This document shows positions 46,681-58,900 of a stretch of DNA of 64,000 nucleotides, piece after piece. The first letter of the stretch is position 1; each line of letters starts with the position of its first letter. The notes below the pieces were generated by a model. The model saw only the letters and a program-made list of their open reading frames with translations. It had not been told where the DNA came from and did no database searches. Source of the DNA: Candidatus Thorarchaeota archaeon (GTDB taxonomy: Archaea > Asgardarchaeota > Thorarchaeia > Thorarchaeales > Thorarchaeaceae); assembly GCA_020348985.1 (NCBI GenBank), contig CP070761.1:1553249-1617248 (forward strand). Reading direction: 5' to 3'. A program made the translations under genes and the position numbers.

Positions 46681-47220
46681 TCATTCTTCACTCTCATTCT
46701 TTGGCTCTGTAGATTGAGCAATCCACGGCCTCAGTCTCGGAAGCCACCTTGGTACATTCGCCAAATACTGCTTGTACTCTTCACCAAATCTCTCAAGAAG
46801 CTCGGGCTCCTCCTGCTTGATGAATAGGATGTGGTTCCCAAGGAATAGGGCAACAAAAAGCAGGAAGAGTGGAACCGATCCAAAGAGCACTGCCTCTCCG
46901 AGTACGGTGAAAAGGACCCCGACGACCATGGGGTTTCTGACATGTCTGTAAATCCCTTCTATCACGAGGTACTTCGGTGGGTCCCATGGAGCCGCAGACC
47001 CTTCACCAACCTTTGCTAGAAGATAGGTTGTTACAACAAGAAGAGCTACTCCAATGCTAAGAAGCAGTACAGCAGCGGCCGTTGCCAGAACATTGAGAGG
47101 GTACTCAAGTATCCAAGAGAAGTTCATAGGGATGTAGAATAGCAAGATAAGAAATGGAACTAGGAAGACGCCTAGAAAGGGTTCGAAGACAAAGCCCTTT
47201 ACATACCGGAGAGCACCCAT
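46681..47220 (-). CDS. Isoprenylcysteine carboxyl methyltransferase/PEMT family membrane protein
   Basis: LVIEGIYRHVRNPM, EEPELLERFGEEYKQY...VPRWLP. Confidence 0.88.
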   Translation of the reverse strand: MGALRYVKGFVFEPFLGVFLVPFLILLFYIPMNFSWILEYPLNVLATAAAVLLLSIGVALLVVTTYLLAKVGEGSAAPWDPPKYLVIEGIYRHVRNPMVVGVLFTVLGEAVLFGSVPLFLLFVALFLGNHILFIKQEEPELLERFGEEYKQYLANVPRWLPRLRPWIAQSTEPKNESEE

Positions 47221-47229
47221 TAGGAATCC

Positions 47230-47430
47230 TCACTCCAGCTTCTTCTTGTACCCCAGTCTTTTCAGAAACGGATCTGGTATACACCAATCCGTGAAACTTG
47301 ATTGGACCAGAAGGAAACCCATCACAAAGACAAGGATTATTCCGATTTCAAAGTGCACCCAAACTGCAATGGCGGCGAAGGCCAAGACCATGACCCCCTG
47401 AACTAGTGCTCTAGCGTTTTCTAAGTACAA
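47230..47430 (-). CDS. Small membrane protein (DUF2892/YgaP-like)
   Basis: Two TMs, then QSSFTDWCIP..FLKRLG. Confidence 0.7.
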   Translation of the reverse strand: MYLENARALVQGVMVLAFAAIAVWVHFEIGIILVFVMGFLLVQSSFTDWCIPDPFLKRLGYKKKLE

Positions 47431-47559
47431 CGGTCACACCTTGTTAAAGGCAAGCCAACACAAATGGTCCTCTTAAGGACACTGATGAGTAGCGATGATT
47501 CGTGTTCGCTGCGTCCGTAGGCCGATGCTTATTAGAGGGCCATTCATTGTGATGGCTTT

Positions 47560-48771
47560 ATGGATGTCACGAGAATTAGGAGTGATTTCCCAATCCTCCA
47601 GAAGGAGATCAAAGGCAAGCCAATAATCTACATGGACTCTGCTTGCATGTCCCTGAAGCCAAAACAAGTCATAGACGCGATGTTGGAATATTACGAGGAG
47701 TTTCCAGCCTGTGCAGGCCGCAGCATCCACAAGCTTAGCCACTGGGTTGAGGAGTCAAGAAGAAACGCAAGAGATGAAATGAAGCAGTTCATCGGAGCGA
47801 AGAAATCTGAGGAAGTCGTTTTCACGCGGAACACGACAGAGGGCATGAATCTCGTATTGAATTCCTTTCCGTTAGGTCCAGGCGATAAAATCCTGACTAC
47901 AGACAGAGAACACAACTCCAGTCTCGTCCCGTCTCAGCTTATTGCCAAGCGAAAGGGGGCAGAACATCATGTTGTGCTGTCCAATTCTGACTACACCTTC
48001 AACATGGATAACTTCCTGGGGGCAATGACTCCCGATGTCAAACTGATTTCCTTCGTCTATTCATCAAATCTGGATGGCTATACTCTGCCAGTCAACGAGA
48101 TCATTGGGGCTGCGCATGACAATGACACGATGGTCCTACTCGATGCAGCTCAGACAGCCCCCCATCACAAGCTTGATGTGAGAAAATTGGATGTTGACTT
48201 TTTGGCGCTTTCTGGTCACAAGATGTTGGGTCCAACAGGAACTGGAGTCCTCTATGTCAAGGAAGAGCACTACGATGTTCTCGAGCCGTTCATGGTTGGT
48301 GGAGACACTGTAGATTGGAGTACTTATGATAATCACAAGTTCTTGGACCCACCTGAGAGGTTTGAGGCAGGACTCCAGAATTATGCTAGCGAATTGGGAC
48401 TTGCGGCAGCCGCCAAGTATCTGAGGAAGATTGGCCTGGACAAGATAGAGCGTCATGAGCAGAAGCTCAATCGAATTGTCAATGATGGATTCAGTGAGAT
48501 TGAGAATATGCACTTCGTGGGTGTTAAGAATCCGGATCAAAGAGGGGGGATTACGGCCTTCAATCTGGGGAGACTGAATTGCCATGATGTAGCGATGATT
48601 ATGAATCGGAACTACGGAGTAATGGTCCGTTCGGGACAGCATTGTGTTCATTCATGGTTCGCAGCTCGTGGCATCGAAGGGAGTGTCCGGTCATCGCTGT
48701 ATTTGTATAATACTGGCGAAGAAGCTGCGGTTCTTGTAGAAGCCGCGAAGGAGATTGCAAAGCTGCATTGA
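47560..48771 (+). CDS. Cysteine desulfurase-like class V aminotransferase (SufS group)
   Basis: IRSDFPIL, FTRNTTEG, EHNS, DAAQ, SGHKMLGPTG, FEAG, RSGQHC. Confidence 0.9.
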   Translation: MDVTRIRSDFPILQKEIKGKPIIYMDSACMSLKPKQVIDAMLEYYEEFPACAGRSIHKLSHWVEESRRNARDEMKQFIGAKKSEEVVFTRNTTEGMNLVLNSFPLGPGDKILTTDREHNSSLVPSQLIAKRKGAEHHVVLSNSDYTFNMDNFLGAMTPDVKLISFVYSSNLDGYTLPVNEIIGAAHDNDTMVLLDAAQTAPHHKLDVRKLDVDFLALSGHKMLGPTGTGVLYVKEEHYDVLEPFMVGGDTVDWSTYDNHKFLDPPERFEAGLQNYASELGLAAAAKYLRKIGLDKIERHEQKLNRIVNDGFSEIENMHFVGVKNPDQRGGITAFNLGRLNCHDVAMIMNRNYGVMVRSGQHCVHSWFAARGIEGSVRSSLYLYNTGEEAAVLVEAAKEIAKLH

Positions 48772-48784
48772 AGTCGGTGATTTC

Positions 48785-49111
48785 ATGATGTGGACCCTCG
48801 CACACGCGTGCGCAGTTGTTGTCATAGTCTCACTCTATGCGAGGTATCCCGACTACGGACGCGCACTCTGGCACTGCCTGAGACGCTACTCAACTCTTCG
48901 ACCCTGCGACATTGATTTTCATGACAAAGCGAGAGCCACCCTTACGAGCATGTGCATGAGGGTCAACATACGAGTGGCGCGAATTGTCCACCGCAATTTC
49001 GAAGTGGTTTCGGTCTTTTCGGTAATTCTATTCGTGGTGTTTCTTTGGAACCTTCTTTGGGGAATAGTCCAGATTGTTTGGTTCTTTGTCAGTACGGGAG
49101 TTCTCTTGTGA
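48785..49111 (+). CDS. Small membrane protein, unknown function
   Basis: Hydrophobic ends around a CLRR..LRPCD segment. Confidence 0.55.
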   Translation: MMWTLAHACAVVVIVSLYARYPDYGRALWHCLRRYSTLRPCDIDFHDKARATLTSMCMRVNIRVARIVHRNFEVVSVFSVILFVVFLWNLLWGIVQIVWFFVSTGVLL

Positions 49112-49153
49112 ATGACTTCCTTCACACTCCTTGTTTCTTGATTCAGAAGCAGC

Positions 49154-49924
49154 ATGAGTACCAGAAAGTCTAAAATGCCAAAACTTGAGCTTCGTTCATC
49201 GGTGTGCGCGTGGAAAATGGGAGTCAGAAGACTTGCTGTTCTAACTTTGTTGCTCATGATCTTGTTGGTTAATACGAGTGGCACTGTCGCGTGCAAGCTA
49301 CAGACTTCTCCGAATGAATCGCACGCGGCGAATGCGATTTGGCTCGAGTTATCAGACACATCGATTGGGATTGTTGGCGCGAGAGTAAACTTGACAGTCT
49401 GGTTGAACACCTCGATGACCAGTTATGCATGGCAAGTGATATTGCACTTGAATTCAACCTACTTCAATGTCACAAAAGCTGGTTACACTGACGGAAATAG
49501 AAGTGCATTCTTCTCGGACCATTCTTCGATGTCAGTCTCTCCAGTGGTCAATAATGAAGTGGGCGTTGTTCTCTGTGGAGAGACTTTGCTTGGCGTGGAT
49601 GAGAGGGAGCCAGGTTTTGGGAGCCTGCTATGGGTTGAGCTGAATCTCACGACAATGACACCACAAAGTCACCTCGACTTCAGCTTATCACAACCCTACG
49701 GAATCGATACTTTTGTACTGAATCCGTACTCCGAGACTATTCCGATGGATATTGTCGAAGGAGCAACGATATCTGTTGGAGTTGATACCGTAACCACAAC
49801 CACCACTACAACGACTACCACGACGCCTATGGTTGACACAATGACAGTACTCGTTGTCGTGGGTGGCGCGATTGCGGTATGTGCTCTGTTAATCGCTCGA
49901 AGAAGGAGGGATTCAGATGAATAG
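49154..49924 (+). CDS. Membrane-anchored cohesin-like protein
   Basis: Signal peptide (likely start ATG 49217); cohesin-like strands VNLTVWLN, YAWQVILHLNSTYFNV, GFGSLLWVELNL; poly-Thr linker; TM followed by RRRR. Confidence 0.7.
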   Translation: MSTRKSKMPKLELRSSVCAWKMGVRRLAVLTLLLMILLVNTSGTVACKLQTSPNESHAANAIWLELSDTSIGIVGARVNLTVWLNTSMTSYAWQVILHLNSTYFNVTKAGYTDGNRSAFFSDHSSMSVSPVVNNEVGVVLCGETLLGVDEREPGFGSLLWVELNLTTMTPQSHLDFSLSQPYGIDTFVLNPYSETIPMDIVEGATISVGVDTVTTTTTTTTTTTPMVDTMTVLVVVGGAIAVCALLIARRRRDSDE

Positions 49925-52667
49925 TATGAAAGCAAAGACGATGTTTGTAATGGCTATGCTTCTCATCACAACTATTCCTGTTAGTACATTCAGGTCAGGT
50001 TCCACAGAGGAAGACCTCCTGAATGCAAACAGTGTGTCCTCTGTAGGCACTGGCAAGGACGTGCTGATTGTTAGTGACCCTCTGAAATACGCATATTTCG
50101 GCTTGTATAGACCCACTGCTTTCAGTATTGAGATTCTGAATCTGCTGAATAGAACGGTTCTGTGGGCGTCAAGCTATTCGCAGCCCAATGAAACGTCAAT
50201 TATTCTCTTCAGTGAACCTGGAGATTCATACGCGGGATTCGTGCGAGACTGGTTGGTAGGAGGAGGATACTCCTCCGACAACATAGCCAATCAGACTTCA
50301 GCGAATGTAGAGGAGTTCTCGCCAGATTACTATGAGGACACAGACCTTGTAATCTATTGGAATACCTTCGGATACGATTCATCAAATGTGGTAGATTCAG
50401 GTACTCCGATAATCACCATATCTGCAATGCAAACAGATGAAATGGGTATTGGGACCGGCATTGTAACCGTGAGTGACAGCAACGACACATTCCACGTTGT
50501 TGACACTGGCTATTATCCAACCGAGAGCTACACCCTAGGCCCGTTGATACTGGATGATAGCTACTCCTTCCAAGCCACGGAGGCACTGGCTGCAGGAGAC
50601 GTTCTCATAGTTTCAGAAGTTGAGAGTGTGACTACTGAAGTAGAGATGTCCATGGTCCAGAACGTTACGGTTCAGTCTGATGGCAGTTCAGACATGTCCT
50701 TTGGCATTACAATACCAGATTCGCCTCTTGCTGACACTCTGCGTGAAGCATTCTTCGAGGATGCTTCGAATCTGGATCAGGACGTCGAATACGGTGTGCC
50801 GGAAAACAGGTCAATCTTGGAGGAATCGAAGATTGAGGATACCATAAGTGACGTTGCCCTGAAGGGTGACGTTAGTGACGGTGATGGAGTGGTTGATTCA
50901 GAAGATCTAGAGCTTATTTCTGCCAGTGTTGGGTATGCTATCGGTGATGAGGCCTGGAATCCAAATCTAGATCTAAACCTAGACGGCAAGATTGACATTA
51001 GAGACCTTGCCATTGCTGCACACAACTACGGCAAGACAGTGAATAACACCGGGAGTCTGTATGTCTCTGGATACTACAACGGAGAACCGGTCAATTGTAC
51101 AGACGTCTATTATCGAGGACCAGAGGGATCAACACAGACAAACATCTCTGGTTCCGGTCATGTCTGGTACCATCTTCTTCCAGGCAACTACTCCGTCTTC
51201 GGAACCTTCAATGGTACAGAAGAGCTAGTTGAAGTAACAATCAATCCGAAAGAAGTCACCTATGCGCAACTCGATTTCGGCGGGACTCCTCCACCTATTG
51301 CTCAACAGACTGTTGAGCCAGTAAGAGCTGCTCTACACGAGGGCATCTCCATGGAACAGCTAATACTTCTTGGTTTTGATGTCAGCATTACTGACTCCAA
51401 CACAATCCCGTGGAGTACAAACAACAATACCATTGTCTCTCTGGCGGGTCAGTCCCTACAGCTTGCTGATCTTATCGTATATCCAGAATGGCAGATAAGA
51501 GTCGGTCCTGTCGACGATGACTCCATTTCCATGGCGGCAGAGTTCATATTCACAAAGATTCAATACATGATGTTGATGCTGCAGTCACTTCCAGGGGACC
51601 AGGTCTACAAATTTGACTGGCAAATAGGATTCGACTTGCCTGCTGGAAGCACTCTTCTTAATCCGGCGGGACTTGATGGACTGAATTGGACTATTGATTT
51701 TGGCGAAGGCACGATCATTCAGGCGAATGTTTCCGTCATCTCAGGAAGAGTCGTGGTCGAGGAATCGCTAGTGGTTAGTGAAGGAAACATTACAGCCACC
51801 GAGTCCTATCTCATCGACGCATTTGGACAGTACAGGATGTTCTCAATCAACTACACCTATACTGGAGGCTTCTACCAAGCCGCTGGAAGAGAGATCGATG
51901 TGCAAAGTGATTGGTCCAAGACCTGGACACGAACAATCGCTCCAGGAAGTTTCCAGAAACGAATCAGTATGGGTCCTGCTTCACTGACTTTGAAGGCTAT
52001 TCCTACGTTGACTGTGAATTTCTTCCTGGGGTGGGAAAGAAAATGGAGTTGGTCTGGATACAAGCTGCAATGGTTTCAGTCATGGATGAAGGTGACTCCA
52101 TCAATAAGAGTTGAGGCATCTGCCGATGTTACACTTCAGTACACTCTAAGAAAATCCTACACATTTTGGACTTGGTCTACAAGGTTCACTTTCTGGGCCG
52201 GCTCTGTACTTGTCTGGGCGAACCTGAAACTCACTGTAACTGGCAGTGTGGAGCTGACCGCCTACGGACGGATATCGGTTTCAACGTGGGCAGAAGCGAA
52301 AGCCTGGTACAAAGCAGGGGTACGATGGGAGAACGGATGGAGTCCAATATGGGAAAGCGGGAGACAAGCAACCTATGGTAGGCCTACAGTAACAGGTTCG
52401 GTAGGCGTAAGTATCACTCCAGCAGTTTCATGCAGGTTGGCCTTCCTGCTATACGACGTGGGAGGTCCATTTGTTGAGGCTGTCGCATACGCACCGATTT
52501 CAATTGATTACTTCACTAATCAGGCAAACACATGGTCGATTCAACTGAAGCTTAAAATCAACGTCGGGGTAACACTGGCGGGATGGATTAAGAAGATCAT
52601 AAAAGTGGGCGAATACTCGAGGACTGTTGCAGATTTCCTCCTGATGTCTTGGCAAGGCACCTGGTAG
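49917..52667 (+). CDS. Secreted multidomain protein with an internal type I dockerin and a beta-rich, Trp-rich C-terminal domain
   Basis: Signal peptide; duplicated Ca loops GDVSDGDGVVDSEDL...DLNLDGKIDIRDL..AAHNYG (about 50865..51032); no C-terminal TM. Confidence 0.8.
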   Translation: MNSMKAKTMFVMAMLLITTIPVSTFRSGSTEEDLLNANSVSSVGTGKDVLIVSDPLKYAYFGLYRPTAFSIEILNLLNRTVLWASSYSQPNETSIILFSEPGDSYAGFVRDWLVGGGYSSDNIANQTSANVEEFSPDYYEDTDLVIYWNTFGYDSSNVVDSGTPIITISAMQTDEMGIGTGIVTVSDSNDTFHVVDTGYYPTESYTLGPLILDDSYSFQATEALAAGDVLIVSEVESVTTEVEMSMVQNVTVQSDGSSDMSFGITIPDSPLADTLREAFFEDASNLDQDVEYGVPENRSILEESKIEDTISDVALKGDVSDGDGVVDSEDLELISASVGYAIGDEAWNPNLDLNLDGKIDIRDLAIAAHNYGKTVNNTGSLYVSGYYNGEPVNCTDVYYRGPEGSTQTNISGSGHVWYHLLPGNYSVFGTFNGTEELVEVTINPKEVTYAQLDFGGTPPPIAQQTVEPVRAALHEGISMEQLILLGFDVSITDSNTIPWSTNNNTIVSLAGQSLQLADLIVYPEWQIRVGPVDDDSISMAAEFIFTKIQYMMLMLQSLPGDQVYKFDWQIGFDLPAGSTLLNPAGLDGLNWTIDFGEGTIIQANVSVISGRVVVEESLVVSEGNITATESYLIDAFGQYRMFSINYTYTGGFYQAAGREIDVQSDWSKTWTRTIAPGSFQKRISMGPASLTLKAIPTLTVNFFLGWERKWSWSGYKLQWFQSWMKVTPSIRVEASADVTLQYTLRKSYTFWTWSTRFTFWAGSVLVWANLKLTVTGSVELTAYGRISVSTWAEAKAWYKAGVRWENGWSPIWESGRQATYGRPTVTGSVGVSITPAVSCRLAFLLYDVGGPFVEAVAYAPISIDYFTNQANTWSIQLKLKINVGVTLAGWIKKIIKVGEYSRTVADFLLMSWQGTW

Positions 52668-52700
52668 CAAATGCTGTGATCCTCTGTAGCTTGATGCCTT

Positions 52701-52835
52701 GCTCCTGACTATCTTAGGATAATCATTCTTATGGGTGGCCTTGCAGCAATTGGGGTTGTGCTTGGAGTGAGGAAAGCCAGGACGCGCAGGAGACCGAGTT
52801 CCAAGATTCGTGGACTGCAAGAAGAGCTCTTGTGA
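52701..52835 (+). pseudogene. Orphan membrane-anchor/tail remnant
   Basis: Translates APDYLRIIILMGGLAAIGVVLGVRKARTRRRPSSKIRGLQEELL*. In frame with 49917..52667 but behind three stops (52665, 52677, 52692). Confidence 0.5.
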
Positions 52836-52910
52836 GGATGTGGACAAACGAAGATTCCCGGTCACGAGGCGTCTAGGAGCTGGTCAATGACATCCGTTCA
52901 GGCACAGTCG

Positions 52911-55900
52911 TCATGAGCTGTCCAGCAACTGGTCGACGATGTCCATCCTCATCTTGTATCCAGGTTTCCGCTTCTTCCTCCCGACCACAACAATGACTGC
53001 GACGAATCCTATACCTCCAAGCAGAAGCGCAAGCATGAAGTAGTCAGGCGGAGCAACGTCGATTGCGATTAGCTGGCCAGAAACTCCGAACAGCGAAAGG
53101 TGAGTGACTTGTGCCCATATACAGCCTGCATAACTCTCACCATATATCTCAACATTTGTGGTGTTCTGACCGAGTGAGATTACCCAGTCCAGGTCCTCTG
53201 AGAGCTTGATCCATTGTTCATCTTCAGTATCGTAGTAGTAGATGCTCAATGAGGTTTCGTTTATGTCGCCCAAGTCACCTAGCTGTCCATCATTAGTAAG
53301 GTCAAGGTCAGAGACTCTGTAATAGATTTGAATCAGAGCAGACTCGAAGACATCTTGAGCTGTATCGTATAGAGTGATAGTCACATCCAGATACTTGTGC
53401 AAGGACACTTCACCCTCAACTAGACCCGTGGAATATACCAACTCGTGTGGTGTTGTGGATGCATCATACTTCACTATCTGAACACTTGGTCTAGCAAGTC
53501 CACTTAGTTGGACCAAGAGAGTAGCATCTAGTGTTTTTAGAGTGTCAATCTCGTTAATCAAGAAACTATAATGATACGTTTCATTATCAGTGATTACGGA
53601 CTTTTGATAGTCCAACGCTATCATATTGGGTAGTATCGTGAAGTTTCTACCTCTTAGGATTTGCAAAACTGAGTAGACATCCTCTGGGAATGCTTGAGAG
53701 AGCATTACTACTGTCTGGGGATTTGACCAAACACCATATCTCGTAGCTATCTCATGAGAATCGGGTTCCATCATATCGGTCAGAACACTGCCAGTATCAC
53801 CTAGAAGATCGTAGACCAATCCTCCTACTGTAGAACTCTCAGACTCCGGCCTGCCAATAAGGACAATGTATTGTGAGTCACTATAGAGCGAAGTTAGGTC
53901 ACCAATTGAAACAATGGTTACGTCTGCATAATCTCTGAGTTTTTCTGCAAACAGGATTGTGTCATTGTAGTCCTCTGGGTCATGTGCGAGAATTATCGGA
54001 CCCCTCCAGGGGCTAAATGTGTCAGGATCCTCATTATCAGGAACACCATCGAAATCTGAATCAACATTCCATGGATTGCTGCCCCATTCCAACTCGACAC
54101 CATCCAGAATACCATCCCCGTCTGTATCATTGTTCAATGCATCTAACCAATAGGCGACCTCAAGACTGTCTGATACGCCATCACTATCAGAATCACTGTT
54201 TAGGGGATTGGTGCCAATGAACCATTCATAACTGTCACTTAGTCCATCACTATCGCTATCTCCCCCTAGAGGATTCGTACTCCTGCTGTATTCATCTCCA
54301 TCCAGAGAAAGGTCACCATCAGAATCTGCATGAAGTAGACTAGTGTTGTACTGGTACTCTAAAGCATCACTTGCGCCATCATAGTCGCTGTCAGCGCTGA
54401 GAGGATTTGAATTAAGCAGAAACTCCTCTAAGTCTGATAGAGTATCAAAATCTGAATCCGCCATTGCTGGGTTACTCCCAAAGGTCATTTCTAACCCATC
54501 ACCCAGGCTGTCACCATCTGAATCCCAGAGTGTCAAGCTAGATCCAGATGATGATTGCATGTAAGAAGCACTTAGTGTCGATGGTGCGAGGTGCGGACTA
54601 AACGTAGGCGGGATATATGTTTCACCGGGATTGTTTGCTTTCCACCATTCTTGGTGGTCAGAAACGCCATCCAAATCTGTATCTGAAGTGCTAGGATTGG
54701 ACCCAAGTGAGAATTCAAGGAAATCATCCAGACCATCTAGGTCCGAGTCATTCATCAAATGGTTGCTGTGCACTCTGAAGGTTTCTTGTCCGTGAGTGAA
54801 GTTGACAGAGATAACCCAACCATCGATTTCCTGAATGTTTGTCAATCCATCGTTGTCCCAATCTGGATTCGTATCTAGTAGTAGTTCAGACGACAAAGTA
54901 ACATTTTGCGAGAACTTCCAAATCCTTGAGGTTGATGGAGTACCAAGATCAATCCAATCCAAGACATAGATACTCTTGTCAGGAGCTACCGCCAACTGAT
55001 GGGTCTCACTACCAAGAACATATGTTCCAGTTGTGAAATTCGTTATTCCATTTCCGTAGAACCGAAATGCAGTATCCTCAACTCCATTCGGATAGAATTT
55101 CTGGACACACATTCCATCTGAGAGTTCACCTAGAACATACACGTAACCATCTGAGTCCACATCGACATCAAGAATTGAAACGTAGTTCTCAGACAGTGTG
55201 CCTAGGAATGCGCCATCCGAGAGTCTCATCTTGATGACTCTATCCGGTTTACTATAGGAGAAATGCCTATCACATAGATAGACAATACCGTATTTCTCGT
55301 CTACTGCCATGCTTGTAATCCAATCAGTTTCATCATCTGCTGGACCTCTATTGCCATACGTCGCCAAAACAGAACCATCAGAGCCGTATTTTCGAAATCC
55401 ACCTATCTGGTCATCCCCTGTATCTCTCACTGCTGCATAGATAACTCCATCATCACCAAAATCAAGATCCGTTATGTTCTTGTTGAGTATTGGACTCCAG
55501 CTCCCAGGATTCGTTATTGTACCATTCAAGTTGAATCTGAAAATAGGACTGCTGAATAGCGGACTAACCTGAGTGTAAAGCCAGTCATTTGAGTCATCTA
55601 CAGCCATTGCCACAAGTCGAGCGCCAGAAGGTAGAAAGGTCATGTTGTTGAAGACTGACTCTTGTGGAAGAGTAACCCGCGTGAGATTTGAATCATACTT
55701 CCGAATTGTGTTGTTACCACTAACTGAGTCTAGTATTCCGTTTGCATATACATAGCCATACTCGTCCACACAAATGTCGCTTATCTTGTTGTTAGTTCCG
55801 TCCATTGTCCAGTCAACGAACTTGCCCTCATAGTATACTCCTGATCCGTACCAAACATATGCTGAATCAAGAATCCCATCTCCATTGGTGTCATTTGATC

Positions 55901-58900
55901 TTGGGTTCGTATTACTTTCGTACTCTGTAAAGTCATCAAGACCATCTCCATCTGTTTCATTAAGGAGCGGATTCGAAGTCACATGAGTGGAGAAGGGAAG
56001 AGAAGTATTACCCATGTAATCGAAGCTTATAATCCAACCAGTGATTTCTAGATAGTCGCTTAACCCATCTTGATCTGTATCGATATTATTTGGATCTGTG
56101 CCACAGACTAGTTCGAATTTGTCGTTCAACTTGTCATTGTCTGTATCGATACTTGCTGGATCAGTTCCAATTTCAATCTCATATTTATCATTGAGTCCAT
56201 CTGAGTCGGTGTCGTATCTCCATATGTTAGAGACTCCCATAGATGCTTCTCTGGTGTTGTTAAGTCCATCAACATCAAAGTCGTTCGCAATAAGACCCCA
56301 TTTGAGAAACTCGTCAAAGGAAGCAGGAAACACATCAAAGTAGATTTGAGTCAGGAAAGGGGAATACGCCGAGGAATAACTAGGAAGAACTGAGATAGTT
56401 GGATCATAATGCCAACAATCCCAAGTGTCGAGCCATTCGTGATACCAGACACTCCAAGTTTTGTAGAAGGAGTACAATCCGATTGTAACTGGGTAATTTG
56501 CCATAGCTATGGGTGCGCCAATGCTCTGAGTCTGAGACCACTCTTGTTGAATCCAAGCAGGATTACTTTGCGTAGCAGTCCCTAAATATGTCCAAATCGG
56601 ATCCAGATCTGGCCATGTCGGCATGTACGTCTGAATATTAGTTGTGTTGTGAGCAAAATTAAACGCCTGCCAATAGAAGTGATTTAGATCGCTAGTGGCA
56701 ATCCAAAAATGAGGCATGCACCAACTATCCAGAAAATACGTGTTGAGATATGTGCCATATGCACTTATTCGTCCTAGTAGTCTACATGTTAAGAGAATTC
56801 CGTCACCAGCCGTCAGACCATTGTTCTCGAAATCCATGAAGGTTGGATCTATGTCCAGAATTCTGCTAGACGGCCACATCGCAACAATTTGGTGAGGGCG
56901 TCCATAAATAGCGTTGATGAAGAACTCCTTGATTGCATCACTCACACCGATATTGTCCTTTCCACACCATCCTAGGATCTCATCGATCAACATGAAAATT
57001 CCAGCCAAACCAAACGTGAAGAACGTAGCCCAGGTGGTCAACAATGGTGCGATGATAACATCCCAAAGAAAGGTAACAATACCCCATATTGCTCCATACT
57101 CTTGTCCGCCGGCTCCACCGATAGCATCTGCGATTTCCCAAGCGGCCCAGATTGTTAATCCAAGAGCGATTGCAGCAACAACTATCTCAATAATAACATC
57201 GAATTTGCCAATCTTACTCACCCAACCTGACGCTTTGCTCGCACCTTTTGCCACCTTCGCCATTTGATGTAGAGTTCTCACTCTATGGAATTTCCTACCA
57301 GCTTCTGTGAATGAATCGAAAATGCGCTGCAAACCGCGGAAATAAGAAGGAACATCTGGCAGAAGCAAGAAGGACTCAATACCTAAATCCACCCATTGTC
57401 CAACATTTTGCGAGACGAATTCCATGTCTGATATTCGATCTATTGGGAATCCTCGTGGGGTTCCGTCGACTACTGTCGCACTCCGTTCAGTAGAAAACCA
57501 CATCAGCGTCATTGTGACTATCCAATACGTGACTTCATCATCTAGACCCCAACTAACAATATGGTCAACGATTTCAGTTATAGAAAGTGCTTCATAGCTG
57601 GTCGTGTTATAGTAATTCATCTTCAGTGTCTTCATGACGGATGGGGCAAGGCTTGTCAGATCTATACTACTGTGACCATCCGTTCCGAATGAAACACCTG
57701 ACATGTCTACAACTCTTGAATGGTCCTCAATAATCACAGTAATAGGAAGAATCATGTCCTGAGATATTGAACTCAATGCAGAGGGTAACATATCACTACC
57801 CAGCGAAGATAACGCGTCGAATTGAGATTGGAATGTCCTTACATCGCTTTCAACGGTTATATTGTTGTCCATGAGAAGTGGTTGCAGGTCTGAAACTGTG
57901 TTTGAAGAGTTTTTCATGTAATAATAGTCAAACAGCAATGAAGCTCCAATCGTCATGTCAGTATTTGTGCTATTATAGAAGATACCAATTTCTGAACTTG
58001 TGCTCTCTTCCAATTTAAGTCCAGTAAATTTGAACGGTTCAGTGTAGGTGACCAGTTCAATCAGATTAGGAATCGGCTCAAGAGACTCTATTTCAAAGAT
58101 AGATAATAGCGCAATATCAGGAGTTGAAACTAGATTGCCCCTTCCATCCATTGCAACGTAGTTCCCCAAATAATCGGTCAAATAGCATGCCGGCCACCAG
58201 GCAATCCTTTGGTTGAACGTTTCTCTCTCGCCGATTGTAGAGCTGTTGAAAAAGAGTGTACCATTGTCTGAAACTGATAGATAATTCCCATTAATCAGTT
58301 TTAGAGCAACCTCACTTTCTGATAGATAACACAACTGAAGAGCACCTTGAATTCCCTCACTAGCTGTAACTGATGCAACACCTTCGTTACCGACACTAAG
58401 ATACTTCCAATTCTGCCTGAACAAGAGAGCATTGGGGATGAAGTCTGTATAGCCATGAACGCTCCACACTAATTCGGTCTGGAATGTGACACTCGTTGAA
58501 GCTAGACCTGGGTAGTAAACAATACCACTGAATGCTACAACTTCGCCATTGTCAATTACTGGAGAAAGACGGAGCCGCATTCCAGAAGAGGTTGGGACGA
58601 TTCCTTGCTCTTGTAGAGCATCCTCACTTGGGATTGTGTCAGTAATAATCTCAAGATAGGGGATGAGGATTATGTCGTCTTTGGAATTGTCCAAGTCCGT
58701 CATTGTACTCTCGTTGTCCCAGTCTGGCCAATCCCAGGTCTGGTATAGTAACCTGAGATGCAATGGGTCCTCGGGTACAATCTGGAACTCCGCATAGAGC
58801 GGCATTGAGTTCGTGTTTACTACAATTGAAAACTTATCATTCACCTCTGAATACGCAAACGGTGAAACATCAAATGCATCGTTAACACCGTCGCCATCAT

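Noticed and set aside
52665-52700. Stop-codon readthrough to attach the anchor to the dockerin protein
   Set aside because: It would need readthrough of TAG plus two TGA codons, so it is treated as a remnant instead.
52911-52960. Eukaryotic dileucine sorting signal in the tail
   Set aside because: The spacing in DIVDQLL matches neither DxxLL nor [DE]xxxL[LI] exactly; only the conservation is reported.
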